Numbered from the stretch's first letter, positions 1 through 13,625 are shown. The stretch: 64,000 nt of DNA from Eledone cirrhosa (GCA_964016885.1 OZ024763.1:17670001-17734000), one strand, 5' to 3'. Notes: generated by a model not told the origin, from the letters alone. Program-made: numbers and translations.

Positions 1-774
1 TTGTTTATATGGTCTCCACTTAATGTTGTTTTATTTTTGTAATTATTTATGGCTAGGCATTAGTCCAGTGCGGCAGCAAAAAAAAAAGAAACTAAAATGA
101 AAAAAATTCTTCCATTTCTGCTTTTAGCCCAGAGCAGCTAAAACAGGTCTTCCATTGCTGCTTTTAGTTCAGAGATTTTGAGTCATTATCAACTTTTCAT
201 GCTGACTTATTTCCTTACTGTCAAGTCATGCAGTGTATTGACTATGGAGTGGGTTTTTTTCTTTTTTTTTTTGCATCATCTCTTTTTTTGTTTGTTTGTT
301 TGTTTTTTTGTCTTTTGTTTTGTTATTTTTTGTATTTTTTTCTTTTGTTTCAACGTTATCTTTAACCCTTTGCTACCATCATCATCATCATTTTTACGTC
401 CGCTTTTCCCTGCTTGCAAGGGTGGGACGGGTCCTATTCAGCACAGCACCTCTCTACTTGTCATGGTCCTTCGTCATCTCCTCTGTGAGCTTCAGCGATC
501 TGAGGTCTGCTCTCACCACCTCCGCCCATGTTTTTCGTGGTCTTCCTCTACTGCATCTTCCTTCTACATCTGCTTTCCCCTGCTTGCAAGGGTAGGACAG
601 GTCCTCTTCAGCACAGTATCTCTCTATTTATCAAGGTCCTTCGTCATCTTCTCTGTGAATTTCAGCGATTTGTGGTCAGCTCTCACCATATTTCTAATTA
701 AATATACTGCGCATATTTCATTATATTTTGAAAATAATAAAGAATTTGGAGGTATTTAATAAAATAACCAACGT

Positions 775-1035
775 TGTTATATTTGGGCAGGGTCATGTCT
801 TAATATTACCAAAACAATAGTCAAACACACTCACAGTTTGATTTGGTTTGGTTTTCACTTCAGTATATTTATATAGTATATTTATATAAATAATTTAGCT
901 GGCAATCAATGTTTATCATTGATTGACCAATAGTTAAAAATATAGATATAATTTATCAAAGTTCTTTTGTCACACATTTCTGTGACTTCTTCAGTGATTA
1001 TCACTGTGTTTCCTTCCGTTATGTTTCTATAATGT
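775..1035. repeat. Dispersed repeat family (also 25141-25260 and 63680-63950)
   Basis: Shared AGGGTCAT...AACACACTCAC.GTTTG...GGTTTTC; the two longer copies also share the hairpin CAATCAATG-tttat-CATTGATTG and ATCAAAGTTCTTTTGTCACACAT. Confidence 0.8.
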
Positions 1036-1204
1036 TTTGTTTTTTTTCAACACACGATTTCATATCAAAATCCTTGCAAAAGATATACATTGGCGCCAAA
1101 ATAACTGATGATTTCATTATTAAGCTGATGTTTGGAATATAACTTAACAAAAGCTGTTAATGGAAGGTCATAATTTGAATATGAACACCATTTGCTCATA
1201 ATTC

Positions 1205-2165
1205 AGAGAGATGGTAAGGGCAAGAGAGATGGAAGCAATGACAGTGGGAGTTTGGCTCCTCTGTGTTGGGACCTGGTGTATATGAGAGATGGGGATGGTG
1301 AGAGAGATGGAGGCCATGTCAGTGGGAGTTTGGCTCCTCTGTGTTGGGACCTGGTGTACATGAGAGATGGCGGCGATGACAGTGGGAGTTTGGCTCCTCT
1401 GTGTTGGGACCTGGTGTATATGAGAGATGGGGATGGTGAGAGAGATGGAGGCCATGTCAGTGGGAGTTTGGCTCCTCTGTGTTGGGACCTGGTGTACATG
1501 AGAGATGGCGGCGATGACAGTGGGAGTTTGGCTCCTCTGTGTTGGGACCTGGTGTATATGTGAGAAGGGGAGGGTGAGAGAGATGGAGGCGATGACAGTG
1601 GGAGTGTGGCTCCTCTGTGTTGGGACCTGGTGTATATGTGAGAAGGGGAGGGTGAGAGAGATGGAGGCGATGACAGTGGGAGTTTGGCTCCTCTGTGTTG
1701 GGACCTGGTGTATATGTGAGAAGGGGAGGGTGAGAGAGATGGAGGCCATGACAGTGGGAGTTTGGCTCCTCTGTGTCAGGACCTGGTGTATATGAGAGAT
1801 GGGGAGGGTGAGAGAGATGGAGGCCATGACAGTGGGAGTTTGGCTCCTCTGTGTTGGGACCTGGTGTACATGAGAGATGGGGAGGGTGAGAGAGATGGAG
1901 GTGATGACTGGGAGTTTGGCTCCTCTATGTTTGGACCTGGTGTACATGAGAGATGGGGAGGTCGAAAGAGATGGAGGCCATGACAGTGGGAGTTTGGCTC
2001 CTCTGTGTTTGGACCTGGTGTATATGAGAGATGGGGAGGGTGAGAGAGATGGAGGCGATGACAGTGGGAGTGTGGCCCCTCTGTGCTGGGACCTGGTGTA
2101 TATGTGAGATGGGGATGGTGAGAGAGATGGAGGCGATGACAGTGGGAGTTTGGCTCCTCTGTGTT
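1205..2165. repeat. 78-bp minisatellite with 60-bp deletion variants (~13 copies)
   Basis: Unit ATGAGAGATGGGGAGGGTGAGAGAGATGGAGGCGATGACAGTGGGAGTTTGGCTCCTCTGTGTTGGGACCTGGTGTAT. Confidence 0.95.
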
Positions 2166-2199
2166 CAGACAGATATCAATTCTATGTTGCTGTTGATAC

Positions 2200-2715
2200 T
2201 TAACCATTTACTGTTCAAACCGGGCAAAACCAGCCAGAATTCTCTACCTCTTTCTGTTGAAACTGGCTGTAACTGGTCACTCAAACTGGTGTTAAGGTAT
2301 TGTTCTCAAAATAAATACTTTCAAAATCTCATAGATTCGATATAATGTGAGATATTATGTGAGGTAAAGCCTTTACCATGAAAATATAATAGTATATATA
2401 GAGTAATGTGAATGTTATGTGAGATATTATGTGAGGTAAAGCCTTTACCATGAAAATATAATAGTATATATAGAGTAATGTGAATGTTATGTGAGATATT
2501 ATGTGAGGTAAAGCCTTTACAATGAAAATATAATAGTATATATAGAGTAATGTAAATGTTATGTGAGATAATTATGTGAGGTAAAGCCTTTACCATGAAA
2601 ATATAATAGTATATATAGAGTAATGTAAATGTTATGTGAGATATTATGTGAGGTAAAGCCTTTACCATGAACATACAATAGTATATATAGAGTAATGTGA
2701 ATGCTAAAGGGTTAA
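2200..2715 (+). mobile_element. piggyBac-type MITE with internal ~59-bp tandem repeat
   Basis: TTAA at both ends; right end AATGCTAAAGGG-TTAA; internal repeat ATGTGAGGTAAAGCCTTTACCATGAAAATA... Confidence 0.75.
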
Positions 2716-3383
2716 ATATCCAACCAGTATTCCTTTATTAATACATTAGTAAAAAAGTAGGTCTGGTTTAATTGATATTACAGGTAGGATTACTGGATCA
2801 CCAGAAGACATATATATACTACTAAAACTCTGTGATTGCTTGCTTGCTTGTCTGTAATGTAATACAGCGAAAAGGGTGCATAATGGGAAAATACTTTGAA
2901 AGGAGGTTGCCCCTGAAATGGGAATACAAATGGAATAAAACAAGTTTCGTGTAAATCGGAGCATGGATCCCCAAGATATGGGGTTTTTCCGAGTGCCTTC
3001 ATAAATAGAGAGGAAGTGGTAGTGGTTGTGAGAGAGAAGATTGAAAGAGAGACAAAGAGAGAAGGAGATGGGACAGAGAAGGAGAATGGAAGAAAGAGTG
3101 TGATGTTGTGTGTATATATATATATATATATGTGTGTGTGTATATATATTTATATATGTATATATATGTGTGTGTGTATGTATGTATGTCTATGACCAGT
3201 GCATACAGATCACAAACACACATATATATGTATATATACACACACACATACGTATATATGTATACACACACATATACATATATATATATATGTATACACA
3301 CACACATTTATATGTATATATACACACATACATATGTATATATGTATACACACACATATACACATATGTATACACACACACAC

Positions 3384-3424
<41 letters not shown>

Positions 3425-3482
3425 CACACACGTATATATATATATGGGCCTTCCAGTTTCATTTCACATTATATACATGTCT

Positions 3483-3665
3483 ATTGGCAGTATCGGAAGA
3501 GGGTCGGACACCATACCTTCTAGCATAGAGTTACGTCCCTTTACGGTCTGAGTTCAAATCCCGCCGAGGTTAACTTTGCCTTTCATCCTTACGGGGTCGA
3601 TAAAATAAAGTACCAGTAATGTACTGGGTAATTGCTGGCCTTGTGCCAAAAGTAGAAACAATTAT
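3483..3665 (+). mobile_element. tRNA-derived SINE family A
   Basis: A-box-like TGGCAGTATCGG, B-box GAGTTCAAATCCC, central CTTTGCCTTTCATCC...GGGGTCGATAAAATAAAGTACCAG (Meta/MESC-like), tail GGCCTTGTGCCAAAAGTAGAAACAATTA. Confidence 0.85.
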
Positions 3666-3799
3666 TTACATGTCTGTATATTTTAATTATTTAAAAATTA
3701 TTGGTGCTTTAGTGTATCACAAATGCAAGGGTGATTTCTAGTTATTTGATATCCAAAGGGTTAAGTTTTATCCCCTATGTTGTTGGCTACACACTTGAA

Positions 3800-3965
3800 C
3801 TTTATTGTTTGACCCTTTAGTGGGGTTCAGAAGGTGATGTAGGTGGGGCTGGTCCATTTATTGTCATTTATTCCAGTTCTGGCAATGTGTCTTGCTCATT
3901 TCCATTTTGCTTTGCTAATGATGTCTAGGATGTTGGCAAATTTTTGTTTGCTTTTGAATCTATTT
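3800..3965 (-). mobile_element. Old RTE LINE C-terminal fragment
   Basis: Minus strand reads NILDIISKAKWK*ARHIART..NDNKWT, matching the RTE 'KW.WAGHIAR..DNRWT' motif. Confidence 0.65.
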
Positions 3966-4185
3966 AAGTACAAAGACATGCGACTCCCTGATCTCTGAGC
4001 TATGCAATCTATCAAGTAATATTACTCCAAAGACCCTTTTGAGGAACCCCTTTTTGGCTGCTTGTATTTGTTTTGTTTTTTTATCTCACCATGTGATGTT
4101 TAATATGATCGTTTGATGGTTTTATTTTTTTAAATTTATTTATCAAACTTGGGTCAGTTTGTCTTCATGACTTGTTCTTTCGATC

Positions 4186-4940
4186 TCACTCGATAAACCC
4201 GCCATTGGCTTTGATGACGGCCTCAAGGCGGCCTCGGAACCGGCTACAGGCCTTCATCACTGTCCTCCGACTTAGGCCCCTAAAGGCACTTGTGATCCTG
4301 GCCTTCAGATCGTCTTTCGTGTTGCAGCTAGATCTGTTGGTGCCTCGTTTCACTGCACCCCACACAAAGAAGTCGAGGGGGTTGCAGTCAGGCGAGCTGG
4401 GAGGCCAGATGTCAGGTGAAGTGTGGTCGACGAAGTTCTCTGACAGCCAGGCTTGGGTCTTTCGGCTGGTATGGCAGGGCGCTGAGTCTTGCTGCCACAC
4501 GTACGGCCTACCTGCAGCTACCTGGTTGAACTAGGGCTTTACTACCTCGCTCAGAACGCGGATGTAGCCATCGGTGTTCAGCTTGAGGCCCTCAGGGAGG
4601 AAGTGAGGTGGCATGACGTCACCTTTACTGCTGACGACACCTATGACCAATGTTGTCGCTGGAAACTTTGTCTGCATGACTCTGGGCACATCTTTGGATG
4701 AGACAGCGAGCCACTTGTTGTTCTGGGAGTTGATCTTCTGGTCCTTATTTGTCCTCCCGGCACGGATTCCAAGAACTTTGTGTCTCTTCCACAAATTTGG
4801 AGGTTCAAAATTATTCATAATCAATTATTCTGAAAATAAATAATGGAAATATAGTCACTATTTTTATGAAGACAAGAGTGACAACGGAAGTTAAAAAAAT
4901 TAGCAGTTGAAAATTGCGAACAAATATCGTCCGCACCCTG
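4186..4940 (-). mobile_element. Tc1/mariner superfamily DD37D (maT) transposon, internally deleted
   Basis: WQQDSAPCH...WPPSSPDCNPLDFFVWG, with 37 residues between the last two catalytic Asp. In-frame stop at 4531. One end reads CAGGGTGCGGACG next to TA (4941-42); the other TIR was not found. Confidence 0.9.
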
Positions 4941-5137
4941 TACTATTGTATTTTCATGGTAAAGCCTTTATCTCACATAATTATCCCACATAATATTGAA
5001 TCTACGAGATTTTGATATTATTTATTTTGAGAACAATACCTTAACATCAGTATGAGCGGCCGGTTCCAGCTGGTTGGAACAGAAAGAGGTGAGAGAATTC
5101 GGACTGGATACGGCCAGTTTAAAGGTTAAAGGGTTAA
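4941..5137 (-). mobile_element. Partial copy of the piggyBac-type MITE
   Basis: Reverse complement of the 37068 copy start; ends AAAGGG-TTAA; truncated at the maT end. Confidence 0.7.
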
Positions 5138-5140
5138 GGT

Positions 5141-5240
5141 GGTACTTGCTCTTCCGAAGACTTGCCAACCTAGTGTGATGCAGCGCTTGATTTCTTGAAA
5201 TGTGCTGACTGATGTAGATGTAGTGGTCAATCTCCTCAAT
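5141..5240 (-). mobile_element. Old RTE LINE thumb-region fragment
   Basis: IEEIDHYIYISQHIS / EIKRCITLGWQVFGRAS with a frameshift. Confidence 0.65.
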
Positions 5241-5492
5241 CTGTTATGTCCTTGAGCAAGACACTTTATTTCACATTTCTCCTCCTACCTAGAGTTGTGA
5301 CCGATAGACAGTATTAGCAATTGGAAAGACCAATGGAAACATTGTTTCCTCAGTCCGATTTGACGAAAGTCAACCGACTGTCGATATTAAAACATTTTTT
5401 TCTTTGCAATATAATAATACTATTTTATAAAAGACATTTATATGACTTAAAAAACCAACAACATGAACTACAATATTAAATTTAAAACATAA

Positions 5493-5681
5493 TGGCAGTG
5501 GATTGGCAGTATCAGTAGAGAGTCGGACGCCATGCTTTCCAGCATAGTTACGTCCCTTTACGGTCTGAGTTCAAATCCCGCCGAGGTTAACTTTGCCTTT
5601 CATCCTTACGGTGTCGATAAAATAAAGTACCAGTAATGTACTGGGTAATTGCTGGCCTTGTGCCTAAAGTAGAAACAATTA
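5493..5681 (+). mobile_element. SINE family A
   Basis: Full-length match to the family. Confidence 0.85.
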
Positions 5682-6159
5682 AATTTAAAACACAATTTAA
5701 AAAAAACAATGCATTGTAGAACCAGATCAGTTTCAACCGGTTTCAGCCAGTTTCAACCAGTTTCGTATCCAAAGCGCTAAAGGAGAGAAAACGAGTGAAA
5801 TAAAATAAGAAATGAAATGAAACGGAAAGGCATATATATGTAGGGCAAGGTCCACTAGGGAGTTGAAAACAGAACCGAAATGGCTTAAAATAGAAATAGT
5901 TTTTTTGTTTTTGTTTTTTTTTCTAAGAGAGGAAAAGGATTTTAGTGATGGTCACCATGTTAAAAGTAAAGGCAATTAATCTGACAACCTTCAGCCACTT
6001 TCCCCTCTCCCTACCCCCATCCTCCTGCCTCGGCCCTGCTCCACCTCGCCGCCCCCCTTGAGACTAAATAATCAATCTTGATCTAAAATTGTACAGAATG
6101 GTTGATAAACTTATCAACCTAATTTGATCTTATCGTACTAAAAAGGAAAAAAAAAAAAC

Positions 6160-6596
6160 ATATATACACACACACAAAAAAAAAAACAGTAAAAACATAA
6201 TAACACACACAAAACATACACTCTCACAAACACACACACACAAAACACACACACACAAAACATACACACTCTCACAAACACACACACACAAAACACACAC
6301 ACTCTCACAAACACACACACACAAAACACACACACACAAAACATACACACTCTCACAAACATACATACACAAACACACACAAAACATACACACTCTCACA
6401 AATACACATACACAAACACACACACACACAAAACACACATGAAAGAAAAAACAATCACGCACAAACACATATGCATACACATACATGAAAAAAACACAAT
6501 CACACAAAAACACTAACACATACACACATACAAATACATACACAAAGAAAAAAGACATACAAATACACGCAAACACACACAAACACATGCTCAAAA

Positions 6597-6635
<39 letters not shown>

Positions 6636-7370
6636 ACACACATATACAAACACACACACAGTAACACAGACACAGTAACACACACACACACCATAACACA
6701 CACACACACACACGGCAACACAGACACACACACACACACACACCATAACACAGACACACACGGCAACACAGACACACACACAGTAACACAGACACACACA
6801 CACACAGTAACACAGACACACACACGGCAACACAGACACACACACAGTAACACACAGACACACACACCATAACACAGACACACACGGCAACACAGACACA
6901 CACACCATAACACACACACACACACACAGTAACACAGACACACACACGGCAACACAGACACACACACCATAACACAGACACACACGGCAACACAGACACA
7001 CACCATAACACAGACACACACGGCAACACAGACACACACACAGTAACACAGACACACACACCATAACACAGACACACACACTCCATAACACAGACACACG
7101 GCAACACAGACACACACACTGTAACACAGACACACACACCGTAACACACAGACACACACACCGTAACACAGACACACACACCGTAACACACAGGCACACA
7201 CACCGTAACACAGACACACACACCGTAACACACAGACACACACAGCATAATACAGACACACACACTGTAACACACAGACACATACACCATAACACACACA
7301 CACACGGCAACACACACACACACACACACAGACACACACACCATAACACACACACACAGTAGCTACACAC
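6160..7370. repeat. Degenerate (CA)n / ACACAGAC minisatellite
   Basis: CA-rich low-complexity tract with recurring TAACACAGACAC. Confidence 0.95.
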
Positions 7371-7401
7371 CTAGGGACCTAATTTACATATAGAACATTA
7401 A

Positions 7402-7597
7402 ATAATTGTTTCTACTTTTGGTGGCACAAGGCCAGCAATTACCCCAGTACATTACTGGTACTTTATTTTATCGACCCCGTAAGGATGAAAGGCAAAGTCA
7501 ACCTCGACGGGATTTGAACTCAGACCATAAAGGGCCGTAACTCTGTGCTGCAAAGCAAGGCGTCCGACCCTCTACCGATACTGCCAATCCACCGCCC
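7402..7597 (-). mobile_element. SINE family A
   Basis: Reverse-complement match to the family. Confidence 0.85.
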
Positions 7598-7654
7598 TAG
7601 AACATTAAATAATAGAATGTGTTACATTAACACATCTCTATCATTAGAAACTTC

Positions 7655-7656
7655 TC

Positions 7657-7723
<67 letters not shown>

Positions 7724-7792
7724 TTCTCTTTTTCTGTATGTCTCTCTGTCTGTCTTTCTTTCTTTCTCTTTTTCTGTCTGTCTTTCTTTCTG

Positions 7793-7839
<47 letters not shown>

Positions 7840-8178
7840 CTCTTTTTCTGTCTGTCTTTCTTTCTTTCTTTTTCTGTCTGTCTGTCTTTCTTTCTTTCTT
7901 TTTCTGTCTGTCTTTCTTTCTTTCTGTCTGTCTGTCTGTCTTTCTTTCTTTCTTTTTCTGTCTCTTTCTCTTTTTCTGTCTGTCTTTCTTTCTTTCTCTC
8001 TTTCTTTCTTTCTTTTTCTGTCTGTCTGTCTTTCTTTCTTTCTTTTTCTGTCTGTCTGTCTTTCTTTCTTTCTTTCTTTCTTTTTCTGTCTGTCTTTCTT
8101 TCTTTCTGTCTGTCTGTCTTTCTTTCTTTCTTTTTCTGTCTCTTTCTTTCCTTCTCTCTTTCTTTCTTTTTCTTTCTT

Positions 8179-8270
<92 letters not shown>
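7655..8270. repeat. Compound (TCTG)n/(TTTC)n/(TC)n microsatellite
   Basis: Seen directly in the sequence. Confidence 0.95.
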
Positions 8271-8274
<4 letters not shown>

Positions 8275-8579
8275 CAAATCCCACCAAAGTCAACTTTGCC
8301 TTTCATAAATTCAACGTCAATAAAAAAAAAGTACCAGTCGAGTACTGGGGTCAATTCTTCCTCCATATCTCTTTCTTACTTCTTGTCTCTCCATTTCTCT
8401 GTCTCTCTTACACTCAGACACTCTCTCTCACTTCATTGCTCTCTCTCTCTCCCTCCCTCTCACACTTTATTGCTCTCTCTCTCTCTCTCACACTTTCTCC
8501 CTCCTCTCTTTCTCTGTTATCATTATATCATTATCAATTTCAAGTCCATTTTTATTCCTTATGCTGGCATGGGTCTTAC

Positions 8580-11170
8580 CAGAGGTCTCAAATACACACC
8601 CTGCAAACTACTTTTCTGTGGTCCTCAGCAGAACAAAGGAAAATTGAAAACAGAAAATTTGCCCCTTTACATTTTGTACTAATTCACATAATCCCATTAC
8701 TAACATATATGTATTTATTTTGATACAAAGAAAAAAAAATAGCAACCTATCAGATGTATTGTAGATTAGCATTATAACTAGTGGAAATCACACCTGCCCC
8801 TACTTTCACTTTGGGCCCACTCCGTTGTGTTGGTGCCACAATAAAAGGCACCCAGTCCACACTGTAAAGTGGTCATGTAAGGGTCATGAGAAAAAGCACC
8901 CATTATACACTGTCAAGTGGTTGTTTTGGTTCCACAATAAAAGGCACCCAGTCCACACTGTAAAGTGGTCATGTAGGTGTCATGACAAAAAGCACCCATT
9001 ACACACTGTAAAGTGGTCATGTAGGTGTCATGACAAAAAGCACCCATTACACACTGTCAAGTGGTTGTTTTGGTGCCACAGTAAAAGGCACTCAGTCCAC
9101 ACTGTAAAGTGGTCATGTAAGGGTCATGACAAAAAGCACCCATTACACACTGTCAAGTGGTTGTTTTGGTGCCACAGTAAAAGGCACTTAGTCCACACTG
9201 TAAAGTGGTCATGTAAGGGTCATGACAAAAAGCACCCATTACACACTGTCAAGTGGTTGTTTTGATGCCACAATAAAAGGCACTCAGTCCACACTGTAAA
9301 GTGGTCATGTAAGGGTCATGACAAAAAGCACCCATTACACACTGTCAAGTGGTTGTTTTGGTACCACAATAAAGCACTCAGTCCACACTGTAAAGTGGTC
9401 ATGTAGGTGTCATGACAAAAAGCACCCATTACACACTGTCAAGTGGTTGTTTTGGTGCCACAATAAAAGGCACCCAGTCCACACTGTAAAGTGGTCATGT
9501 AGGTGTCATGACAAAAAGCACCCATTACACACTGTCAAGTGGTTGTTTTGGTACCACAATAAAGCACTCAGTCCACACTGTAAAGTGGTCATGTAGGTGT
9601 CATGACAAAAAGCACCCATTACACACTGTCAAGTGGTTGCTTTGGTACCACAATAAAGCGCTCAGTCCACACTGTAAAGTGGTCATGTAGGTGTCATGAC
9701 AAAAAGCACCCATTACACACTGTCAAGTGGTTGTTTTGGTGCCACAATAAAAGGCACCCAGTCCACACTGTAAAGTGGTCATGTAGGTGTCATGACAAAA
9801 AGCACCCATTACACACTGTCAAGTGGTTGTTTTGGTACCACAATAAAGCACTCAGTCCACACTGTAAAGTGGTCATGTAGGTGTCATGACAAAAAGCACC
9901 CATTACACACTGTCAAGTGGTTGCTTTGGTACCACAATAAAGCGCTCAGTCCACACTGTAAAGTGGTCATGTAGGTGTCATGACAAAAAGCACCCATTAC
10001 ACACTGTCAAGTGGTTGTTTTGGTACCACAATAAAGCGCTCAGTCCACACTGTAAAGTGGTCATGTAGGTGTCATGACAAAAAGCACCCATTACACACTG
10101 TCAAGTGGTTGTTTTGGTGCCACAATAAAAGGCACCCAGTCCACACTGTAAAGTGGTCATGTAGGTGTCATGACAAAAAGCACCCATTACACACTGTCAA
10201 GTGGTTGCTTTGGTACCACAATAAAGCGCTCAGTCCACACTGTAAAGTGGTCATGTAGGTGTCATGACAAAAAGCACCCATTACACACTGTCAAGTGGTT
10301 GTTTTGGTGGCACAATAAAAGGCACTCAGTCCACACTGTAAAGTGGTCATGTAGGTGTCATGACAAAAAGCACCCATTACACACTGTCAAGTGGTTGTTT
10401 TGGTGGCACAATAAAAGGCACTCAGTCCACACTGTAAAGTGGTCATGTAGGTGTCATGACAAAAAGCACCCATTACACACTGTCAAGTGGTTGTTTTAGT
10501 GGCACAATAAAAGGCACCCAGTCCACACTAAAGTGGTCATGTAGGTGTCACAACAAAAAGCACCCATTACACACTGTCAAGTGGTTGTTTTGGTGGCACA
10601 ATAAAAGGCACCCGGTCCACACTAAAGTGGTCATGTAGGTGTCACAACAAAAAGCACCCATTACACACTGTCAAGTGGTTGTTTTAGTGGCACAATAAAA
10701 GGCACCCAGTCCACACTAAAGTGGTCATGTAGGTGTCACAACAAAAAGCACCCATTACACACTGTCAAGTGGTTGTTTTGGTGGCACAATAAAAGGCACC
10801 CGGTCCACACTAAAGTGGTCATGTAGGTGTCACAACAAAAAGCACCCAGTACACACTGTCAAGTGGTTGTTTTGGTGGCACAATAAAAGGCACCCGGTCC
10901 ACACTAAAGTGGTCATGTAGGTGTCACAACAAAAAGCACCCAGTACACACTGTCAAGTGGTTGGCGTTAGGAAGAACATCCAACTTTAGAAACCAAGCCA
11001 GAAACAGTTCTGTATGACCAAGACACGGTCACCTGATCTGACTTGTCTCACAATGGCAGAACAACTTGTCAAACCCATGCTAGCATAAAAAATGGACGTT
11101 AACAGTGATGATGATTTGCCTCTCTCTCAGAATGTAATGGCCCTTTTGAGTCTTTGAGTTTGAGACCCTG
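8580..11170 (+). mobile_element. hAT-type MITE interrupted by a SINE-borne satellite
   Basis: Ends CAGAGGTCTCAAA (8580) and TTTGAGACCCTG (11170) form imperfect Charlie-like TIRs; the TSD is degenerate. Confidence 0.55.
8825..10965 (+). repeat. 94-96-bp tandem array (dimer of ~48-bp subunits) inside an RTE-tail element
   Basis: CCACACTGTAAAGTGGTCATGTAGGTGTCATGACAAAAAGCACCC... runs into GGTTGGCGTTAGGAAG and a (GAT)n tail near 11115. Confidence 0.93.
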
Positions 11171-12436
11171 GGTTAGATGAAACTAGTAGAATTCTATAGG
11201 GGAATGCCCTATCTAATGCACAATTTCACCAGTTCTTAAAATGTTCATATCATAAAATATTTGGCTTTTACGCTGAGTGTATAGAGGGTATATATATCAA
11301 ATGCACCCAGTACACTCTGTAAATTCATTGGTGATAGGAAGGGCATCCAGCTGTAGAAAACCTTCCTAACAAAGAACCAGGAGGAAGGGCTCTTCAGCTG
11401 TGTCAAGGACATGATGGGACCCCCCCCCCCACACACACACACTAGTCTCAAGCTTGGAAGCTCCTCAAGCCAGTGTTTATCCCGATTTCCGTGGTGTGAT
11501 GTGATGCGACTGAGAGCACAAGACTCCCCCATGGACAGGACGCCAGTCCATCACAGCATTAACCCCTACCTATTGCTGGTACTCATTTGCAGCAGAGTAA
11601 ACAGGAGCAATGTGAAATGAAGAACACAACACACAACCCAATTCAGGAATTGACCCCACAACATTATGATCATGTCCAACAACACCCTTACCACTAGGCC
11701 ACAGACCACGAGCCTCCACTAACTACACAACCAGGCCTGCATCTATGTATTTTTAATTAATTTTTCAATTCTCTATTGGCTCAGAAATCTAGAAATGAAG
11801 ATAACAAACAAGAAAACAAAACGAAACGAAACGAAAAAAACTGCAAAAAGATAATTACTTTGTTGTACATCTTTGAATCTGTCTAATTTTATCTTCGACA
11901 GCATTTCGCTAGTAAAACAACCGCACAACCGCTCCACAAAACTTCCTCCTCTTTCTTCTCCTACTCCTCTTCCTCCTTCTTCTTCTTCTTTGTGTTAAGG
12001 ATATTCGGTTAAAAATCTTTATATGATAAAATGAAAAAGAATTTTTTTTTAATTATATATATTTTTAAATTATATAATTTTTTAAATTATATAATTTTTT
12101 AAATTATATAATTTTTTAAATTTATATATTTTTTTTAATTTATATATTTTTTTAAATTGTATATATTTTTTTAAATTATATATATTTTTAAAATTATATA
12201 TATTTTTAAAATTTATATATATTTTTTTTAATTATATTTTTTCAATTTATATATATTTTTTAAAATTATATATATTTTTATTTATTTAAGTACCCCAGAA
12301 ATACTGATAAACTATTAGACTGATTCTGTTGCTATTCATTGGCAGAATTCACAGAATTCACTCAAAAGTTTTTTTATCTATTTTAACTGCCTAACCTTTT
12401 ACTACCAAAAACAGATGAACACAGATATATATATAC

Positions 12437-12548
<112 letters not shown>

Positions 12549-13206
12549 GTGTGTGTGTGTGTGTATATGTATATATATATATATATACATGTGTGTGTGT
12601 GCATGAATACACTTTTATGTGTTCCACCCGACGTGTGTGTATATATATATATATATTCAAATGAGAGCCGAAATAAACAAACAAATTCAAAGTTTTCTTT
12701 TTTTCAAAACAAATTAGATAGTAGTAGTAGTAGTAGTAGTAGTAGTAGCGGTGGTGGTGGTACTAATAGTAGTATCAGTAGTAGTAGTAAAAATAATAAT
12801 GGTATTGGTAATAGTAGTAATACTAGTAGTAGTTATAGTGGTGGTGGTAGTTGTAGTCGCAGTAGTAATAAAAATAATAATAATAATAATAGTAGTAGTA
12901 GTAGTAGTAGTAGTAGTAATGGTGGTAGTAGTTGTAGTAGTAGTAATGGTAATCATGATAAATGCTAAGAAATAGTACGACCGACGGAGATTTGTTGTAG
13001 TCCAGACTATGGATCTTTTAAACAAGATTGTTTCATGGTTTGTTGACCCCCGCCAACCTCTCCCCCCCCTCTCTCTCTCCTCATCCTTCTCCCCGCTACC
13101 CTGCTGCTGCTGCTGCTGCCGCCGCCGCTCTCAGATTAAGACAAACTTATCAGAAAGCTAATTCTAATTTGTCTTTGATTTGCTTGAAGATAAAACTGTA
13201 ATCTTA

Positions 13207-13317
13207 AATAATAATAACCACAACAACAACAACAACAATAATAATAATAATAATAACGACGACAACAACAATAATAATAATAATAACGACAACAACAATA
13301 ATAATAATGACAACAAC

Positions 13318-13349
<32 letters not shown>

Positions 13350-13625
13350 TAATGACGACAACAACAATAACAACGACAATAATAATAACAATAACGACAA
13401 TAATAATAACAATAATAATAACAATAACAACAACAATAATAATAACAATAACGACAATAATAATAATAATAATAATAATAACAATAATAATAACAATAAT
13501 GACGACAACAACAACAATAATAACAACAATAATAATAATAATAACAACAATAATAACAATAACAATAATAATAATAATAATAATAACAACAATAATAATA
13601 ATGATAAATAAATAAATAAATAAAC
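13207..13625. repeat. (AAT/AAC)n trinucleotide tract
   Basis: Seen directly in the sequence. Confidence 0.95.

Noticed and set aside
1168-2207. Mucin-like repeat ORFs
   Set aside because: A 78-bp minisatellite open in several frames on both strands; no splice or flanking coding evidence.
2808-3010. Helitron/DINE-like fragment
   Set aside because: Only generic resemblance (CTACTAAAAC, TGCT repeat, AAATCGG); no diagnostic ends seen.
12714-13615. Poly-Asn/Thr/Ser/Leu ORFs
   Set aside because: Trinucleotide microsatellites.
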